From Basidiobolus meristosporus CBS 931.73 (lineage: Eukaryota > Fungi > Basidiobolomycota): 64,000 nucleotides of DNA. The notes below the pieces were generated by a model. The model worked only from the letters and a program-made list of their open reading frames with translations, was not told the DNA's origin and did no database searches. The stretch's first letter is position 1; each line of letters opens with the position of its first letter. The position numbers and the translations under genes were made by a program. Location of the stretch: assembly GCA_002104905.1 (NCBI GenBank), contig MCFE01000159.1, positions 85,593 through 149,592 on the forward strand, given 5' to 3'. Shown here in pieces: positions 33,674 through 46,841 of this stretch.

Positions 33674-36600
33674 GGTGGTGCTTACGCTTATTTGAGGTAG
33701 TTCTAGCAAATGAAACAAAATCGAGTCAATAAAGCGGTGACAGGCGCACAGTTTGGGCTTCCCCACTACCTTCAAAGGGCATATACGCGAGCGGAGGCCG
33801 AGGATTTGCGTCGCTACGAGCTTGCTGATGAATGTACAAAAGAGAGGATTGGTATGCAGAAATGGGAAGGATTGAAGTATTTGAAGGAGGCTTCGAGGAT
33901 GTCGCCGAGTTTTATTTCATCCTTGAAGCTCCTTGATCCATACAGATTAATCAGGGCGGAACGCGCAAGGACTACGATTTTTTGGGAGCGTTCATGGGAA
34001 TGCAGCAGCTACGTCTTCCCTCATAGCTCACCTGTCACCAATTCCATGGTGGATTTCAAATGAAGTCTCTCAATCACGCCAATCATCGAGACACCCAGAC
34101 TAAATTGGCGGCCAGAGATTTGCGGGAGTTGATGAGTTGATTTATTGCCGATCGCATCCTGATGGCCATTATTGGCTTGGGCAACCACGGCCGCCCACAT
34201 TTGCTTATCGACTCCGTTCAAATATACATCCAGGAAATCTCAACGAATACATGAAATGAAGTCCGTAATCATCTACAGATGTATGGTGTTTTACCAAATA
34301 GATCTCCTACTCGCACTGACTAATTGCCAAGATTTCCTGTACGTTGAGACGCTCCCTAGGGATCACTTGCGCTTTGCCTCATGTGCAGCCTCGTTGGTAC
34401 GAGCAACCTCGATCCTATCGGGCCTAAAGGTTCCGAACGGCTAGCGGAAACTCCATCAAGAACCAAGGAGCATGTTGTGTCTGGGGGCAGTATGCAAGAA
34501 ACCTAGATGAGATTCCAAGCCGATGTTGATCTGAGTCTACTCCAGAGATTACCTGGACCCCATCAATTCGTCTATCGCATCACGGCTGCACTCCCATGTA
34601 ATCCCAGTGTTGGTTGCGAAGGTAGATGTGTTTAACGCCATCGAGGGTGTAAATTACTCGGTCTGGCCCAGACCAATATAAGTGGGCCTTGAGTCTCACT
34701 TTATTGCTTGATCTGCATCCTCGATCAAATTTCGATGCCTGACATGCGTAGTTTGGGACAGCCTGGTTGCGAATACCGGTAAAATAGAGTTGGTCATTTG
34801 CACATTTACGTTAGGAATCTGTCAACAGCCTCTGCAAATCGTAAATGCTTGGTCACTGAGGTATTATAAGGTCTCACTCTGATATAAATTCAACCTATTG
34901 ATTGGCTTAATTCTTGATGGGTTTGTGAACAGCCAATGGCTCCAGAGTTAGTGCCTTTGGATCTAAGGGTTTTCAGCTGGTGTCAGATCAACCAGTGAAT
35001 GAATTTGTCTCATTTCAATTATACCTTGGCGTATTGCAGCCGTATCCATCAGTCTACATGTAAATATCCAGGTGTGGTGAATCTATTGGTGTTGTCACTG
35101 AACCAGCCTCGTACCTATGAAATACTATCCAACCCCTCATCCATCGTAGCCTATGTTGAGAGATCAAGAAGCTTTGACTTGGGGGAAACGTACTGCAACT
35201 TTTGGTATGAATCATCAGGTTAAACGAAGAATGCTAGACCAGAGCATGATATGAGCTTGTACATTGTGGAGCGCGACTGAAGAAACGATATCAATAGGCA
35301 AATATTGCATTTCATTGTTTTGTGGAATAGCCTATTTGGCTTTCCGGGTGTTGACAAATGATCCAGGCCCATTGACTGCTCCACCATTCCATAATCACTA
35401 GTCAAATAATATTCTGGTTAACTTGTGTAACGCGAGCCATCTTTTAAATCCTAAGAATCGGGAGGACTCCAAGCAATCCTTGTGGCATAATTTAGGAACC
35501 CTTATCGGCCAAGTCAGTCTACACGAGTGTGACTGTTTCTGGATAAAAAGTGTTAACAATTGAGTCTTCGAACATGCACACTGCTCCGGCTTCCAGAATC
35601 TCAACCCTTTGACACTATCAGAAACTTACCTGCGTTTGAGCTGGGGATTTGTGGGGAGATGTCAATGGATGATGAGGAAAACCTGACAATCCATTTCGTT
35701 ATGCGGCTCAGCTACGTAGGGCTGTATAGGATGAAATGGCATTCGCCCTATGATTAACGCTCAGCGTTTACTTGGTGGAAGGATGATGCTCTGTAATTCC
35801 TCAAGCATTCATACCTTTGAACCCTCCAACTCCACATCGGCCGTGTACCGGATGGGGTTGGGGGCTAACGTAATCACCTATCATTTCGCGAATCGCAAAC
35901 TTCATTGGTAGGAGCATCAGCTACGAGATATCAAGCATCTCTGGACCTGAGCCAGACTATTCTTTTGGATGAAGCGCACTCTAGTTGGGAATCCGGTCTG
36001 GGCTTTCGCCAGCCATAGTGGAGCTTTTCAGAGGCGTGGACGGACAATACTTTGGTGAGACAAACCAAGCTCCAGAAGCTGGAGACATTTGGGTGCTGAT
36101 AGATCGGTCGAGTTTCATTCTCATTGAATCTTGCCCACAGACACGCATGATTATGTTCGGTCAGGTTGGGTATTTGTGTGCTTGACTGATTCGGAGATTC
36201 TAGAGTATGAGCCCGATGTTGTATGGCATTACTCATAAATCTCATCACCAATGAGAGTGCACCCTACCGCCGATGACCTCCCAACTCACGAGGACACTTC
36301 GCATTCAAGGGAAAGACTCCACCCACTGTTGTCTGGATGAGTCATTGTGGGAGCGAGGTGAGTAGAATCCAGTCGGGAATCGGCCCACCTGTTGCTCTTC
36401 ACTGAAACTCCCTCATATGAACCTTAAACCTTCTGTGCTTCGCCCCTGAAATTGATCTTGGCCGGTAGCGCACATATGCCCTATGTTACTCAGACTGGGA
36501 TTGCTGAGGCATTGTCTCCAGGTTGTGCAACCAAGGCCTAGCTAAGTGCCTCTTGATTTGGAGGGTGCCACCAATCAGCGCACGGGAACTGATTGGTGTA

Positions 36601-37119
36601 GCCACAACAAACTATCACCAAACTGATGATGCCACCTCATAACCCTCGATTTTTGTTAGAAAACTGGATTAGGGGACTTGCCATAGTTAATCTTACCACT
36701 TGATTCTAGGGGAATTTTTTCCTCAATCAAGTCGCTCAGAGTCAGTTGACCTGGATATCAACGTAATCTATGCTGCATAAGATATGCGGTAATGGAGGGA
36801 ATCCCTAGTGATTTTATGATGGCTTTCCCGCTTCACACCTGATTTAGTAAATTCGCAGGCTCTGACTACGGGGCTAATAAAATCAATGATTGAATGAATT
36901 TTTCGAGGGTCCATAATATTGCTGGCGAAAATACTCGGCCAGCACGTATTTTCTTGGTTCACTTGGTTTCCACCGTATCCAACCTAGGCCCCTTCCTCTC
37001 GTAAACGTGCCATCGTTCGATTGATTTTGTTTCCACTGGTTTGTCCAAGTCTCCTCCGCCTTTCCAACCACCTCGCCCTTTCTAACCCCGCTGGCTCTTG
37101 CCTCTCATCTTGTCCGTAG

Positions 37120-38179
37120 ATGTCTGACATTTCCGCCGATATAGGTGCCATAGATGCTTGGATTGAGCAACTCAAGGAATGCAAACAGCTGCCAGAAGCT
37201 GAGGTGAAGAAATTGTGCGACAAGGTAACCTGATTTTTCATCTCGCTGTCTCTCATCATCCCCTCTTACTCACGAAGCCATCCTTGTGTTTAGGCCAAGG
37301 AGGTCTTGAAAGAAGAGTCAAACGTGCAATATGTCAAATGCCCAGTAACCGTGTGTGGTGACATCCATGGTCAATTCCACGATCTGATTGAGTTGTTTAA
37401 AATCGGAGGCAATTCCCCCGATACCAACTACCTGTTTATGGGTGACTATGTAGACCGTGGCTATCACTCCGTCGAGACGGTGACTCTCTTGGTGGCCATG
37501 AAGCTTCGCTACAGAGACCGTATTACCATTCTTCGTGGGAACCACGAGTCTCGCCAGATTACACAGGTCTATGGTTTCTATGACGAGTGCCTGCGTAAGT
37601 ATGGTAACGCCAACGTCTGGAAGTACTTCACCGATCTATTTGACTTCCTCCCGTTGACCGCTCTTATAGAAGATCAGGCAAGTCCCCCCACCTCCCCCGT
37701 TCCTGGCCCACTGATGCTTACACAGCCTATATTAGATCTTTTGTCTTCATGGTGGGCTGTCGCCTTCCATCGACACTCTTGACAACATCCGCTCCCTCGA
37801 CAGAATACAGGAGGTTCCACACGAGGGCCCCATGTGCGACTTACTGTGGTCTGACCCTGATGATCGCCCAGGATGGGGCATTTCACCCAGAGGTGCGGGC
37901 TATACATTTGGTCAGGACATCTCCGAGGCATTTAATCACAACAACGGCCTTACCCTGATCGCTAGAGCCCATCAGCTTGTCATGGAAGGCTATAACTGGA
38001 GTCAGGATCAGAACGTAGTCACCATCTTCAGTGCGCCAAATTACTGTTACCGCTGCGGTAATCAGGCGGCGATCATGGAGATCGACGAGCACATGAAGTA
38101 CTTCTTCCTCCAGTTCGACCCTGCTCCCCGAAGAGGCGAGCCACATGTCACCCGTCGTACGCCCGATTATTTCTTGTAA
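37120..38179 (+). CDS. PPH21: Protein phosphatase 2A catalytic subunit (3 exons)
   Basis: [36 protein letters not shown] and the PP2A-specific C-terminus [16 protein letters not shown]. Confidence 0.97.
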
Positions 38180-38806
38180 TCCCACCCAAATTACACTTTT
38201 TTATTGTTTTCAAAGCCTTTCATCTCTCTTCATTTGTCACCAAGTTGATCACTTCGTCGTCGATTTGGCTTGAATTGAAAGAACAAAAAGCCATGTATCA
38301 TAAACTAATTGATAAAGCAAAAGAATGGTATGTTCCCTTACCCACCGGAGCAAACACACTTCTCATAGGACCGATTCGGAATTTGTGTGGGATTGGATTG
38401 CATAGATCTCCATCGTCGCTACCAACGCCTATCACGCTTGCAACCTTCAGCCGCCCTGGGGTATTCCCTTGTATCCCTTGTTGCTCGTGGTTCGCCACAG
38501 TTAGACTATTCCCTGGGCCCTTTGTCTTCCTTTCCGCTTGGACATGTTTGTTACTTTGGATGTTGTGGCCCAGATTAGCACTAGCAATCTTCCGTGTGCG
38601 CTGCGTCAAAGGCTGTAGTGCCAAGTTCGTGGGGATTCAATTTAGGCCAAGGTTCATCGTGAGACAACATACGAACCTTTAGGTATGACTGAAAGGGGTG
38701 TAGCATGGTATGTTTATATGAAGCGCATTGAATGGGTACAAGGGGAGTGGTTTATTATTGATGTTAGCTGATGTGAGTGGAGATTCGGTTTGGAATCCAT
38801 GGTAAA

Positions 38807-39889
38807 TCAGTATCTCCCGCCCTCGCGAAAGACCTGCCTCCACTTTTCGACAATGTAGTCTCCAAAGGCTGGCAGTGTTTCCACCCCTTTCCCGGCAGAG
38901 GCAGAATGGTCACTGTTTCGTTGATTGTTGAATAGACTGTAGTCTTGCGCGGTATCCCCGTTCAGGATGGGGATTTCTGCATCGTAGCTTGGATAGAAGA
39001 AGAAAACCATGGAGTAGCGCTCCTCTTGGGCTAAACTCACCCTGTGCAGAGGACTGATATAACGACCTTGCGTTAACAAGGACATGTAATCCCCGCAATT
39101 GACAAATATAGTTTGTGGTTTGGTAGGAACCTCATGCCAGGCATTATCCTGGAACACCTCCAACCCGGGCACCATGGTTGGTTGTAAAATAAGAGTCAGA
39201 AAGCCCCAGTCGGTGTGCGGTGAAGAGCCAATGCGCTCTTTGGTAGTATCATCCGATTTGAAGGAGCTCTTGAAGTAGTGAAACAGGCGCAACAAGGAGA
39301 TTTCGTTGGAGCCCTTGCAGTACTGTTCGAAGTAATCTTCTGGCTGGCCTAGTGACAATGAGAGGCCTCGAGATAACACATGGGATATCTCGCACATCCC
39401 ATCGTAAAACTCGTGCAGGACATTTTTCCACTTCTCGCGGTCGACATCGCTTTCACCTACAGCTTTGGCTACAGCTGAATCCAACTTGCAGAGTGTATCA
39501 GATGGGGGCCATTCGTTGTTACCCTGCAGTCCATTATCAGGCGTCCGGCCCTCTGGCCAGTTGTACCCATAAGAGAAGGCTTCCTTTACCTCCAACCTCT
39601 CGCTTCCGCTCTCTCCGCCAAATGGGATGTAGCCTCTCGTAAAGCCTCCAGGCTTGATCAGGGGTAGCCGGTCTTTCTCTGACCTCTCCAGCTCGAACAG
39701 AGCCCTTGCTGCGGCGAGAATTCCGCCAGGGTTAAAGGTCGGATGGCTCAGACTGGTAATGTAAAATGCCCCATAAGTCTCTGCTGCTTGACGAAGCTGC
39801 TCGGCAACTGACTGCTTCGCTTCCTCCTTCTGGTTGAGCAGTAGGGGGGTGATATCAATGGTAGGCAAATCCAACTTTTTGGCCTGCAT
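38807..39889 (-). CDS. 2-oxoglutarate/Fe(II) dioxygenase, IPNS-like (DIOX_N + 2OG-FeII_Oxy)
   Basis: LPTIDI, RGY, KEAF, N.WP, HTDWGFLTLI (HxD), HRV, RYSMVFF (RxS). Intronless; ATG 39889. Confidence 0.9.
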   Translation of the reverse strand: MQAKKLDLPTIDITPLLLNQKEEAKQSVAEQLRQAAETYGAFYITSLSHPTFNPGGILAAARALFELERSEKDRLPLIKPGGFTRGYIPFGGESGSERLEVKEAFSYGYNWPEGRTPDNGLQGNNEWPPSDTLCKLDSAVAKAVGESDVDREKWKNVLHEFYDGMCEISHVLSRGLSLSLGQPEDYFEQYCKGSNEISLLRLFHYFKSSFKSDDTTKERIGSSPHTDWGFLTLILQPTMVPGLEVFQDNAWHEVPTKPQTIFVNCGDYMSLLTQGRYISPLHRVSLAQEERYSMVFFFYPSYDAEIPILNGDTAQDYSLFNNQRNSDHSASAGKGVETLPAFGDYIVEKWRQVFREGGRY

Positions 39890-40634
39890 CTCCAGTTTGA
39901 AGGGCTTAGACAAGCGGAAGGGCCAATTTATTTGCTATGATATAGCGAGAGTATTTTGTCGGACAGGCCTCTGATTGGCCAGCATCATGAGAGCAACCCA
40001 TCACATCGGGTTATGGGAAAATCTGGAGAATTTGGATTGACGATTTGCGCCTGGAGGCGCACTCATGCACTCAGCAATCATTTGGTGGAAACTACGCCTC
40101 ATATGGGAAGAATTAGCGAGATCTGGCAATTGTCGAACAATATGAAACCCACCTGAAGTCATAGTTCAGATAGATTCATGGCGTTAGTTTTGGACGAGGT
40201 AGTTACGTTCACATCCTATTTGGACAGGGTGGGAAGCTTTCCACACGCAATAAATGTGCGTCTGCGAACAAGTGGCCCCAGGTGGTCAGGTGCCGAATTA
40301 GTTTGTGCGTCTGGATGGAGCCCAACAGGCTGTTCTATATAACCGCAGAGTTCAAGGTGAGCGGGGCTCTGTCTCCCATTATCCGCTACATGGATTCGAA
40401 AAATCAAGACTATTTATTAGAAAATAGTTTAGTGGAATAGATCGGAGCAAATGCATTCATGAGTCACTCGGGATTTAGATGGCTTCTACTGGCAAAGCAC
40501 GCTGCGTCTGGTGGGTGCGAATTATCACATGTTTGTCAGAAAGGGTAGTTTTGGTATGTACAGGAGTGGTAAAGGGCTGGTAGGAGAGGAGTCAACAAAA
40601 AGAATGCTTGGTTAGGACAGCTGTACGTTTCAGA

Positions 40635-41364
40635 TCATGGAAGCCTGAAGCTGTGCTTATTGGTGTCTTTAAGTCGTCTCCGGTAGGTGTACAACGATAC
40701 CAGACAAGCCATATCTAGGAAGCACTAAGAGACTCGTTAGATGGATATGGAATGAGGTAGAGGTGCTATTGACTTACAGGGGTGAAGGCCATTACGGCAT
40801 GGCGGTTACTGTGGAAAATTAAATACAATGACATTGAGGCGGTTTTGAATAAAATAGAGACAAGAGTGAAGAAGAGATACACAATCATTGATTTGTAGTT
40901 CCCCTTGATTAGGACGATCATTAGTAGGTCGACATGGTGGCGATGCCCTCTACGTTCACACTACCTTGTATGCACCGACAAGGCCAACGATGGAGTTCAA
41001 GAAGCTCAGGAAGAATGAGATCAAGGTCATGAAATGGGTGTCCAGAAGGTTGTAGAAGTCGTTTTTTGAGCTTATGGACACGTACGGGTTGTCAGTGATA
41101 TGTGTGACAAGAATCACCATGGCGATGAATATCACCAATGAAGCAATCTGCACTAGAGTTGATTAGCGAGAAATATCAGGTTAAGTGGACAGAGAGAATG
41201 AAGAGCACCATCTGAAAACATATTAGAATTGTGCACAACCTAAGGTCAGAAACCCATGAGCAGGTTGTCCGCTGCGGAAAGGACTCCTCTGGTTCTCTGT
41301 GGAGAGAGAAGACAGGGCTGAACTTGGATGTGCTGAGATCCTTCTTCGAAGCTGAGATATCCAT
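40635..41364 (-). CDS. Small four-TM membrane protein (tetraspanin-like topology); 5' exon structure uncertain
   Basis: Spliced frames give IASLVIFIAMVILV / FMTLISFFLSFLNSIVGLVGAYK / GNYKSMIVYLFFTLVSILF / VMAFTP-CFLDMACLVSLY then RRR...RLP*. The 3' introns have GT, CTAAC/CTAAT and AG signals. Confidence 0.55.
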
Positions 41365-42424
41365 GACTGGATGGATATCAAGAAAGTGCTTGACGATGTG
41401 TGGACTGGTTCGAGCAGAATGGCCTGATCAAGTCAAAGCCAAGGGCTAGGCGGGTGTGGCAGCGAGGAAGAATAGGACGACTGAAGGGGGGAAAAGAATG
41501 AGCGAAATGGCACAAGAGTAAATATAATTGCAAATCCACCAGATGCAGCAGGCCTTGGGACTTGAAATATGCCAGAAAAAGCATCTTCAACATGATACTG
41601 TGTCGGCTTATTTACCACCACAATTATTAGGTTGCTTCTACTCCATGCAATTTGTTACATGCATGCAGCTCCTTTGTTTTTATTTTCCATCATATCTCAG
41701 GCCTTCAGTGCACACAAATCACCAGAGCAATGATAACGCACCATACATGATGCGTTTGAACTTGTTGGAACAAATGGTTACATAAGGGCCTTGCTGCAGA
41801 TTCTATCTGACTCTGTTCCAGCAATCCGTTCATTCAGAATCAAACACCACTGGGGGCGGATGAGGTGCATCCCAATTGTATACGCGGCTCTCCCTACATA
41901 GCACTTAATCTTATTTTCCTCCCGAGGCGCGCCTCAAATCCCAGCAGCATAAAGGAGTAGCCCACATGACGGACGTTGACTTGGAAATGCCACCCTTGGG
42001 CGCTCTCACAAGAATGCTCTGAAACATCCACGTCGAAAGATGACGCAAGGCATATGCCTTCCGGTGATTCAGCTAGATTCTCGGCAAGATCGGACAGTAC
42101 GCGCTGCACTGGTGCGCTTTGCAAGCCATCGTGATCCAGACAGTCCAGTGTAAGGCATACGATGTGTTGGACTTGTCGATGGGGCACCAGCCGATATGGG
42201 GTGGCTCAGATCGGCAATATGGACGATCGGGTGACATCGAGCGCTCGTAATCAAATCGCCAAATAGCATACGAAGGGTCGATTTCCCCTCAGTGGTGTAC
42301 AGAGATGGATAGCAAAGTCATCCAATTGGTGGGTAAACGTGACATCTCCACTTTCTGGCCGGAGTTGGCTAACTCCGGCTATATAAAGTCAGCTAACCCT
42401 CTTGCGTACCCAACATCCTCTATC

Positions 42425-43324
42425 ATGGCTGTAGTTGCAAGTGTGCTAAAGGCCACCGGTATCACCTCCGGAGCAATTCAGCTAGTCTCATTCCTGATTG
42501 CTGCCCCGCTGCAGACAGAAAAGGTTACGCCCCTCCACACAGCAGATGTGTACCGGTTACTAACGCAACGGCTTGATTTATAGTTCTTCGATTTATCCGG
42601 GTGCCTTACCTTCGTATCCTGTGTATTCACGTCCATCTGGAAAGCCCAAGGCCACTTAGATCTGGGAAGCCTACACCCTCGTCAACTCTTAGCAACAGCC
42701 ACCACCCTGACTTGGTCATTGAAGCTTGGCAGCTTTTTGTTTGTTCGTATATTGAAAGATGGCAGCGACAAACGCATGGGTGATATCAAAAAGAAGCCCA
42801 TTCGATTCGCCATTACGTGGACTATGCAGGCAGTATGGGTGTTCCTAACCGCACTGCCAGTCTACATGATCAACGGTGTGCCATATGAGTACCAACCAAG
42901 CATCTCGTGGCTAGATTATCTAGGCTTGGGCATATGGGGAGTGGGCATGCTGACCGAAACCATAGCCGATTATCAGAAGTTTACCTGGCGACTGCAAAAA
43001 GAGAATAAGGAAAAGTTCATCAAACATGGGCTATGGTCTTTGTCACGCCATCCAAACTATCTTGGTGAGATCCTTCTCTGGAGTGGTTCCTGGATCATGT
43101 GTGGAGGTAACCTATTGAGCATCGCGGCCAACCATCCTCAGATCCTATCGAGAAACACCGCTTTACTAAGCTTACTCAGCCCGCTGTTTGTGACCGGCCT
43201 ACTGACCAAGGTGAGCGGAATCCCGTTGCTGGAAAAGAGCAGCGACAAGAAGTTCGGCCATATGAAGGAATACCGCGAGTACAAGAGCAGGACCCCAGTT
43301 CTAATTCCCCGTTTCTCTAACTAA
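42425..43324 (+). CDS. DUF1295 / steroid 5-alpha-reductase-like membrane protein
   Basis: LGSFLFVRILKDGSDKR, ETIADYQK, GLWSLSRHPNYLGE...W, SGIPLLEK, Y.EYK.RTPVLIP. An alternative in-frame start exists at 42305. Confidence 0.88.
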
Positions 43325-43518
43325 ACTTTCGCAAAACTATTAATAAACTCCACAACCTCTCTACAACGCCGCAATCGCCTGCCAACTGGGTGAGCCTGGC
43401 CTCATTGTACTTGGGGAAAGCATTTATTTTTGCAATATTATATATTTAATGACATTGTAGATGTGAAATGAAGGATGCAAAGATACTAGTGATCTATGAT
43501 TGGTGCCTTATGGCAGAA

Positions 43519-45263
43519 TTAATCCTTGGGGCCAATCATGTTTTCAGGACGGACCCATTGCTCGAATTGCTCTTCAGTAAGAAGGTTAAGTGCAATGGCA
43601 GCCTCCTTCAAGGTGGTGCCTTCCTTGTGAGCCTTCTTGGCACACTTGGCAGCGTTGTCGTAACCGATATGAGGGTTGAGGGCGGTGACCAACATCAAGG
43701 ACTCATTCATGATGCTGGTGATTTTCTTCTCATTGGCCTGAATACCAACAACGCAGTTCTTGCGGAAGCTGTGGCATCCATCGGTCAAGAGACGAATCGA
43801 TTGCAAAAGGTTCTTGATCATGACAGGCTTGAAAACGTTGAGCTCAAAGTGTCCGTTGGAACCAGAAACAGAGATGGTGGTGTGGTTACCCATGACTTGG
43901 GCACAGAGCATGGTCATTGCCTCGCACTGGGTTGGGTTAACCTTACCAGGCATGATGGAGGATCCGGGTTCGTTCTCAGGAAGGATCAATTCACCAAGTC
44001 CGCAACGAGGTCCGGATCCGAGTAGTCGGATATCGTTGGCGATCTTCATCAAAGAAACAGCCAAAACGTTCAAGGCACCACTAGCCTCCACAATGGCGTC
44101 GTGAGCAGCAAGAGCCTCGAATTTGTTGGGGGCAGTCTCGAATGGAAGGCTGGTGATCTTAGTGATCTCCTCAGCAATCTTGGCATCGAAGCCCTTGCGT
44201 GTATTGAGCCCAGTACCAACGGCAGTTCCACCTTGAGCAAGCTTGCTCAATCTGAGTAAAGTGGATTGGACTCTCTCAATGCCATAAGTGAGCTGCTGGG
44301 TGTAACCAGAGAACTCTTGGCCCAAGGTGAGAGGAGTGGCGTCTTGCAGATGGGTACGTCCGATCTTGATGATGCTTCCAAACTCATCCACTCTCTTCTG
44401 GAATTCATCACGAAGCTCAGTTACGGCAGGAATCAACTTCTCGCTGATTTCAATGACGGCAGAGACGTGCATGGCAGTAGGGAAGGTATCGTTGGAGGAT
44501 TGACTCATGTTGACGTGATCATTGGGATGGACAGGCTTCTTGCTTCCAAGATCGCCGCCCAAGATCTCAATGGCACGGTTAGAGATGACCTCGTTGGCAT
44601 TCATGTTGGTTTGGGTTCCGGAGCCAGTTTGCCAGACGACAAGTGGGAAGTGGTCCATCAACTTTCCTTCAATAACCTGTGATTAAATCAGTGTTAGAAC
44701 TCCATACTTGACGAGCCAAGGGTTGGTGAAGTTACGAACCTCATCAGCAGCTTGGACGATGGCATTTCCGATCTTAGGGTCAAGTCCGTAGCTCATGTTC
44801 ACGATAGCAGCGGCCTTCTTCAACACACCGAAAGCCTTGATAAGGGGCTCAGGCATACGCTCTCTTGGGCCTCCGATATCGAAGTTCATAAGAGATCTGT
44901 GGAAAGACTTAGTCTCTATCAGGCAACACACTAGAAGTACCATCAGCTTCCGACTCACCTTTGTGTTTGGCAACCCCAGTAACGATCAGCAGGAACCTTG
45001 AGCTCGCCGAAGGAGTCCTTCTCGGTTCTAAACTTTTGCTGTGAATGTGGATTAGTGTCTGTAGAATACAGCTCTACGATAGGTACAACTTACCAAGAAA
45101 GCAGGGGTGGTGCTGAAAGAGCGAGCTGCGCGAGCTGCGATGGAAACCTAGTGGTTGAAAAGGGTTAAGAAGTGGGATATAAAGACAACAGTCGTTAGAG
45201 ACCCAAAAACTCTACAATATTTACCGAAGGCTTCACGGAGACGTTGCCAATAGCTCTAAGCAT
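43519..45263 (-). CDS. FUM1: Fumarate hydratase class II with mitochondrial presequence (5 exons)
   Basis: [42 protein letters not shown]. Presequence [27 protein letters not shown]. Confidence 0.97.
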
Positions 45264-46319
45264 GATAAAAGATGGAAGAGTCAATTGTCGCTCAACTAAA
45301 GAGCTTTCTATATTTAAGGGATCTTCAACCACAAATTGGGGATAAAGCAGCGATTCGAATTGTTTCCTGGCTGATCAAATTTGGGGGGATCAGATATTTG
45401 ACATGAAACCCCATTCGGCTAATAGCTTATTGTGGAGTAGGATGATTTAATTTGTCACACGAAAAAGGTAAGCAACGGAACGGAAAGTTGCTCTTGACAA
45501 TTGTTGACCAATTTGTATAGTTGCGCACGGCAATTCAGCGTATTACGTACCTCGTAACTCATGTCACAACTGTCAAAATGGCACTCATATTGAAACGGAG
45601 CCTCTTCGGGTGACAAAGATAAAAACACAGCCTGAGCCTCCTGTTTTATTGATTGCTGATTCTAACTAAATACCTCCCTTTGAAAGTGATATCCACGCCT
45701 TGTTCCTGATGATTGGTTGTCCCCACGCGCATCCCGGCATGACCCGAGTTGACTCGAAAAGTTCCCACGAATTAAGGAAAGCCTATACAAGTCGATCCCG
45801 ACTAACTACCATCAGTACCCAAGTCTCACTGTAGAATCGGACTGGTGACAGCACCGAAGGCTCTGTTGACTTCAACATAGCCGTGACCGGATAAATGCTA
45901 CCAGGGCCTCTCTACATTGGCTTCGTACGACGCTGTATGGTAAGTCTCGAAATCTTCGGTAAAGAAGGAAGGAATGACAAATTTGGATTTTTTCGGATGT
46001 AAGCATCAGCTAAGAATGGTGGCTTTTTGATCATGAGACACTACTGAGTCTGAAAAATTTGGTGATTTGTGAGATGAGCGAGCAAAGTCTTGCTGGCCCA
46101 CATGTGGCTATTTGTATACAATACATCTGTTTCTAAGGGATGATGGCTTGGTGGTTCAATCATCCAAATGATTCAAGTCGGTCAAAGAACAGTACTTTTC
46201 TATTTACAGTGCTTTATGGAGAAATTCATGCTTAATGAAATGTATGTCAAGAATGAAAGAAATTCTGCTATGGCTATTCGCGAGAAGGTAGAGAATCGTA
46301 CCGGTTCCAGGCGGAATCA

Positions 46320-46841
46320 CTACAAATCCTCTAGTTTCTCGGCAGCAACCTTTTCTCTATTCACCAGGTCTACCTGGAAGGCCTTATGCATTTCGTCGAG
46401 CCGGTTCATTTCCTTGTTGATTTTCTCTATCAACGATTTCTTCTTGCGCTTCAGTTTATGGAATAGCTCCATTTCCCATTCCTCTGGCTCCTTATCCGTT
46501 GGCAAAATATCACGTTGACGAACACCGTCCAATTGCTCCAACAAACGAAGCATCATTTCAGGAATACCGAGTAGTTGAGTGTCAATGCGCTTAGCCAAGC
46601 GAGGATCGTACTCCGAATCATTAAATTGCTTCAGCATATCGGCAGCCTCCTTGACATTATCATGGATAAGTGATTCGAAGGAGTACCGTATTTCGGTGAT
46701 CTTGCTCTGAAGTTTGGCGGTTCTTTGGAGAGTGTCCTTTCTGTTTTTATGGTACAAATGGTCTTTGATGAGAAAATAACTTGCCAAGAACGTAGCCGAT
46801 GCAAAGACTGTTGCTCCGATAATAAAGGTTCTCTCAGACAT
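46320..46841 (-). CDS. N-terminally anchored BAG-domain-like protein
   Basis: N-terminal TM (FIIGATVFASATFLASYFLI), then EMMLRLLEQLDGV...KRKKKSLIEKI...LD, matching the BAG pattern E.L..LL..LD.V...RK.LV..I...LD. Confidence 0.7.
   Translation of the reverse strand: MSERTFIIGATVFASATFLASYFLIKDHLYHKNRKDTLQRTAKLQSKITEIRYSFESLIHDNVKEAADMLKQFNDSEYDPRLAKRIDTQLLGIPEMMLRLLEQLDGVRQRDILPTDKEPEEWEMELFHKLKRKKKSLIEKINKEMNRLDEMHKAFQVDLVNREKVAAEKLEDL

Noticed and set aside
33710-36900. Short ORFs between chitin synthase and PP2A
   Set aside because: No recognisable motifs or consistent splice chain; the proximal part looks like the CHS promoter/5' UTR.
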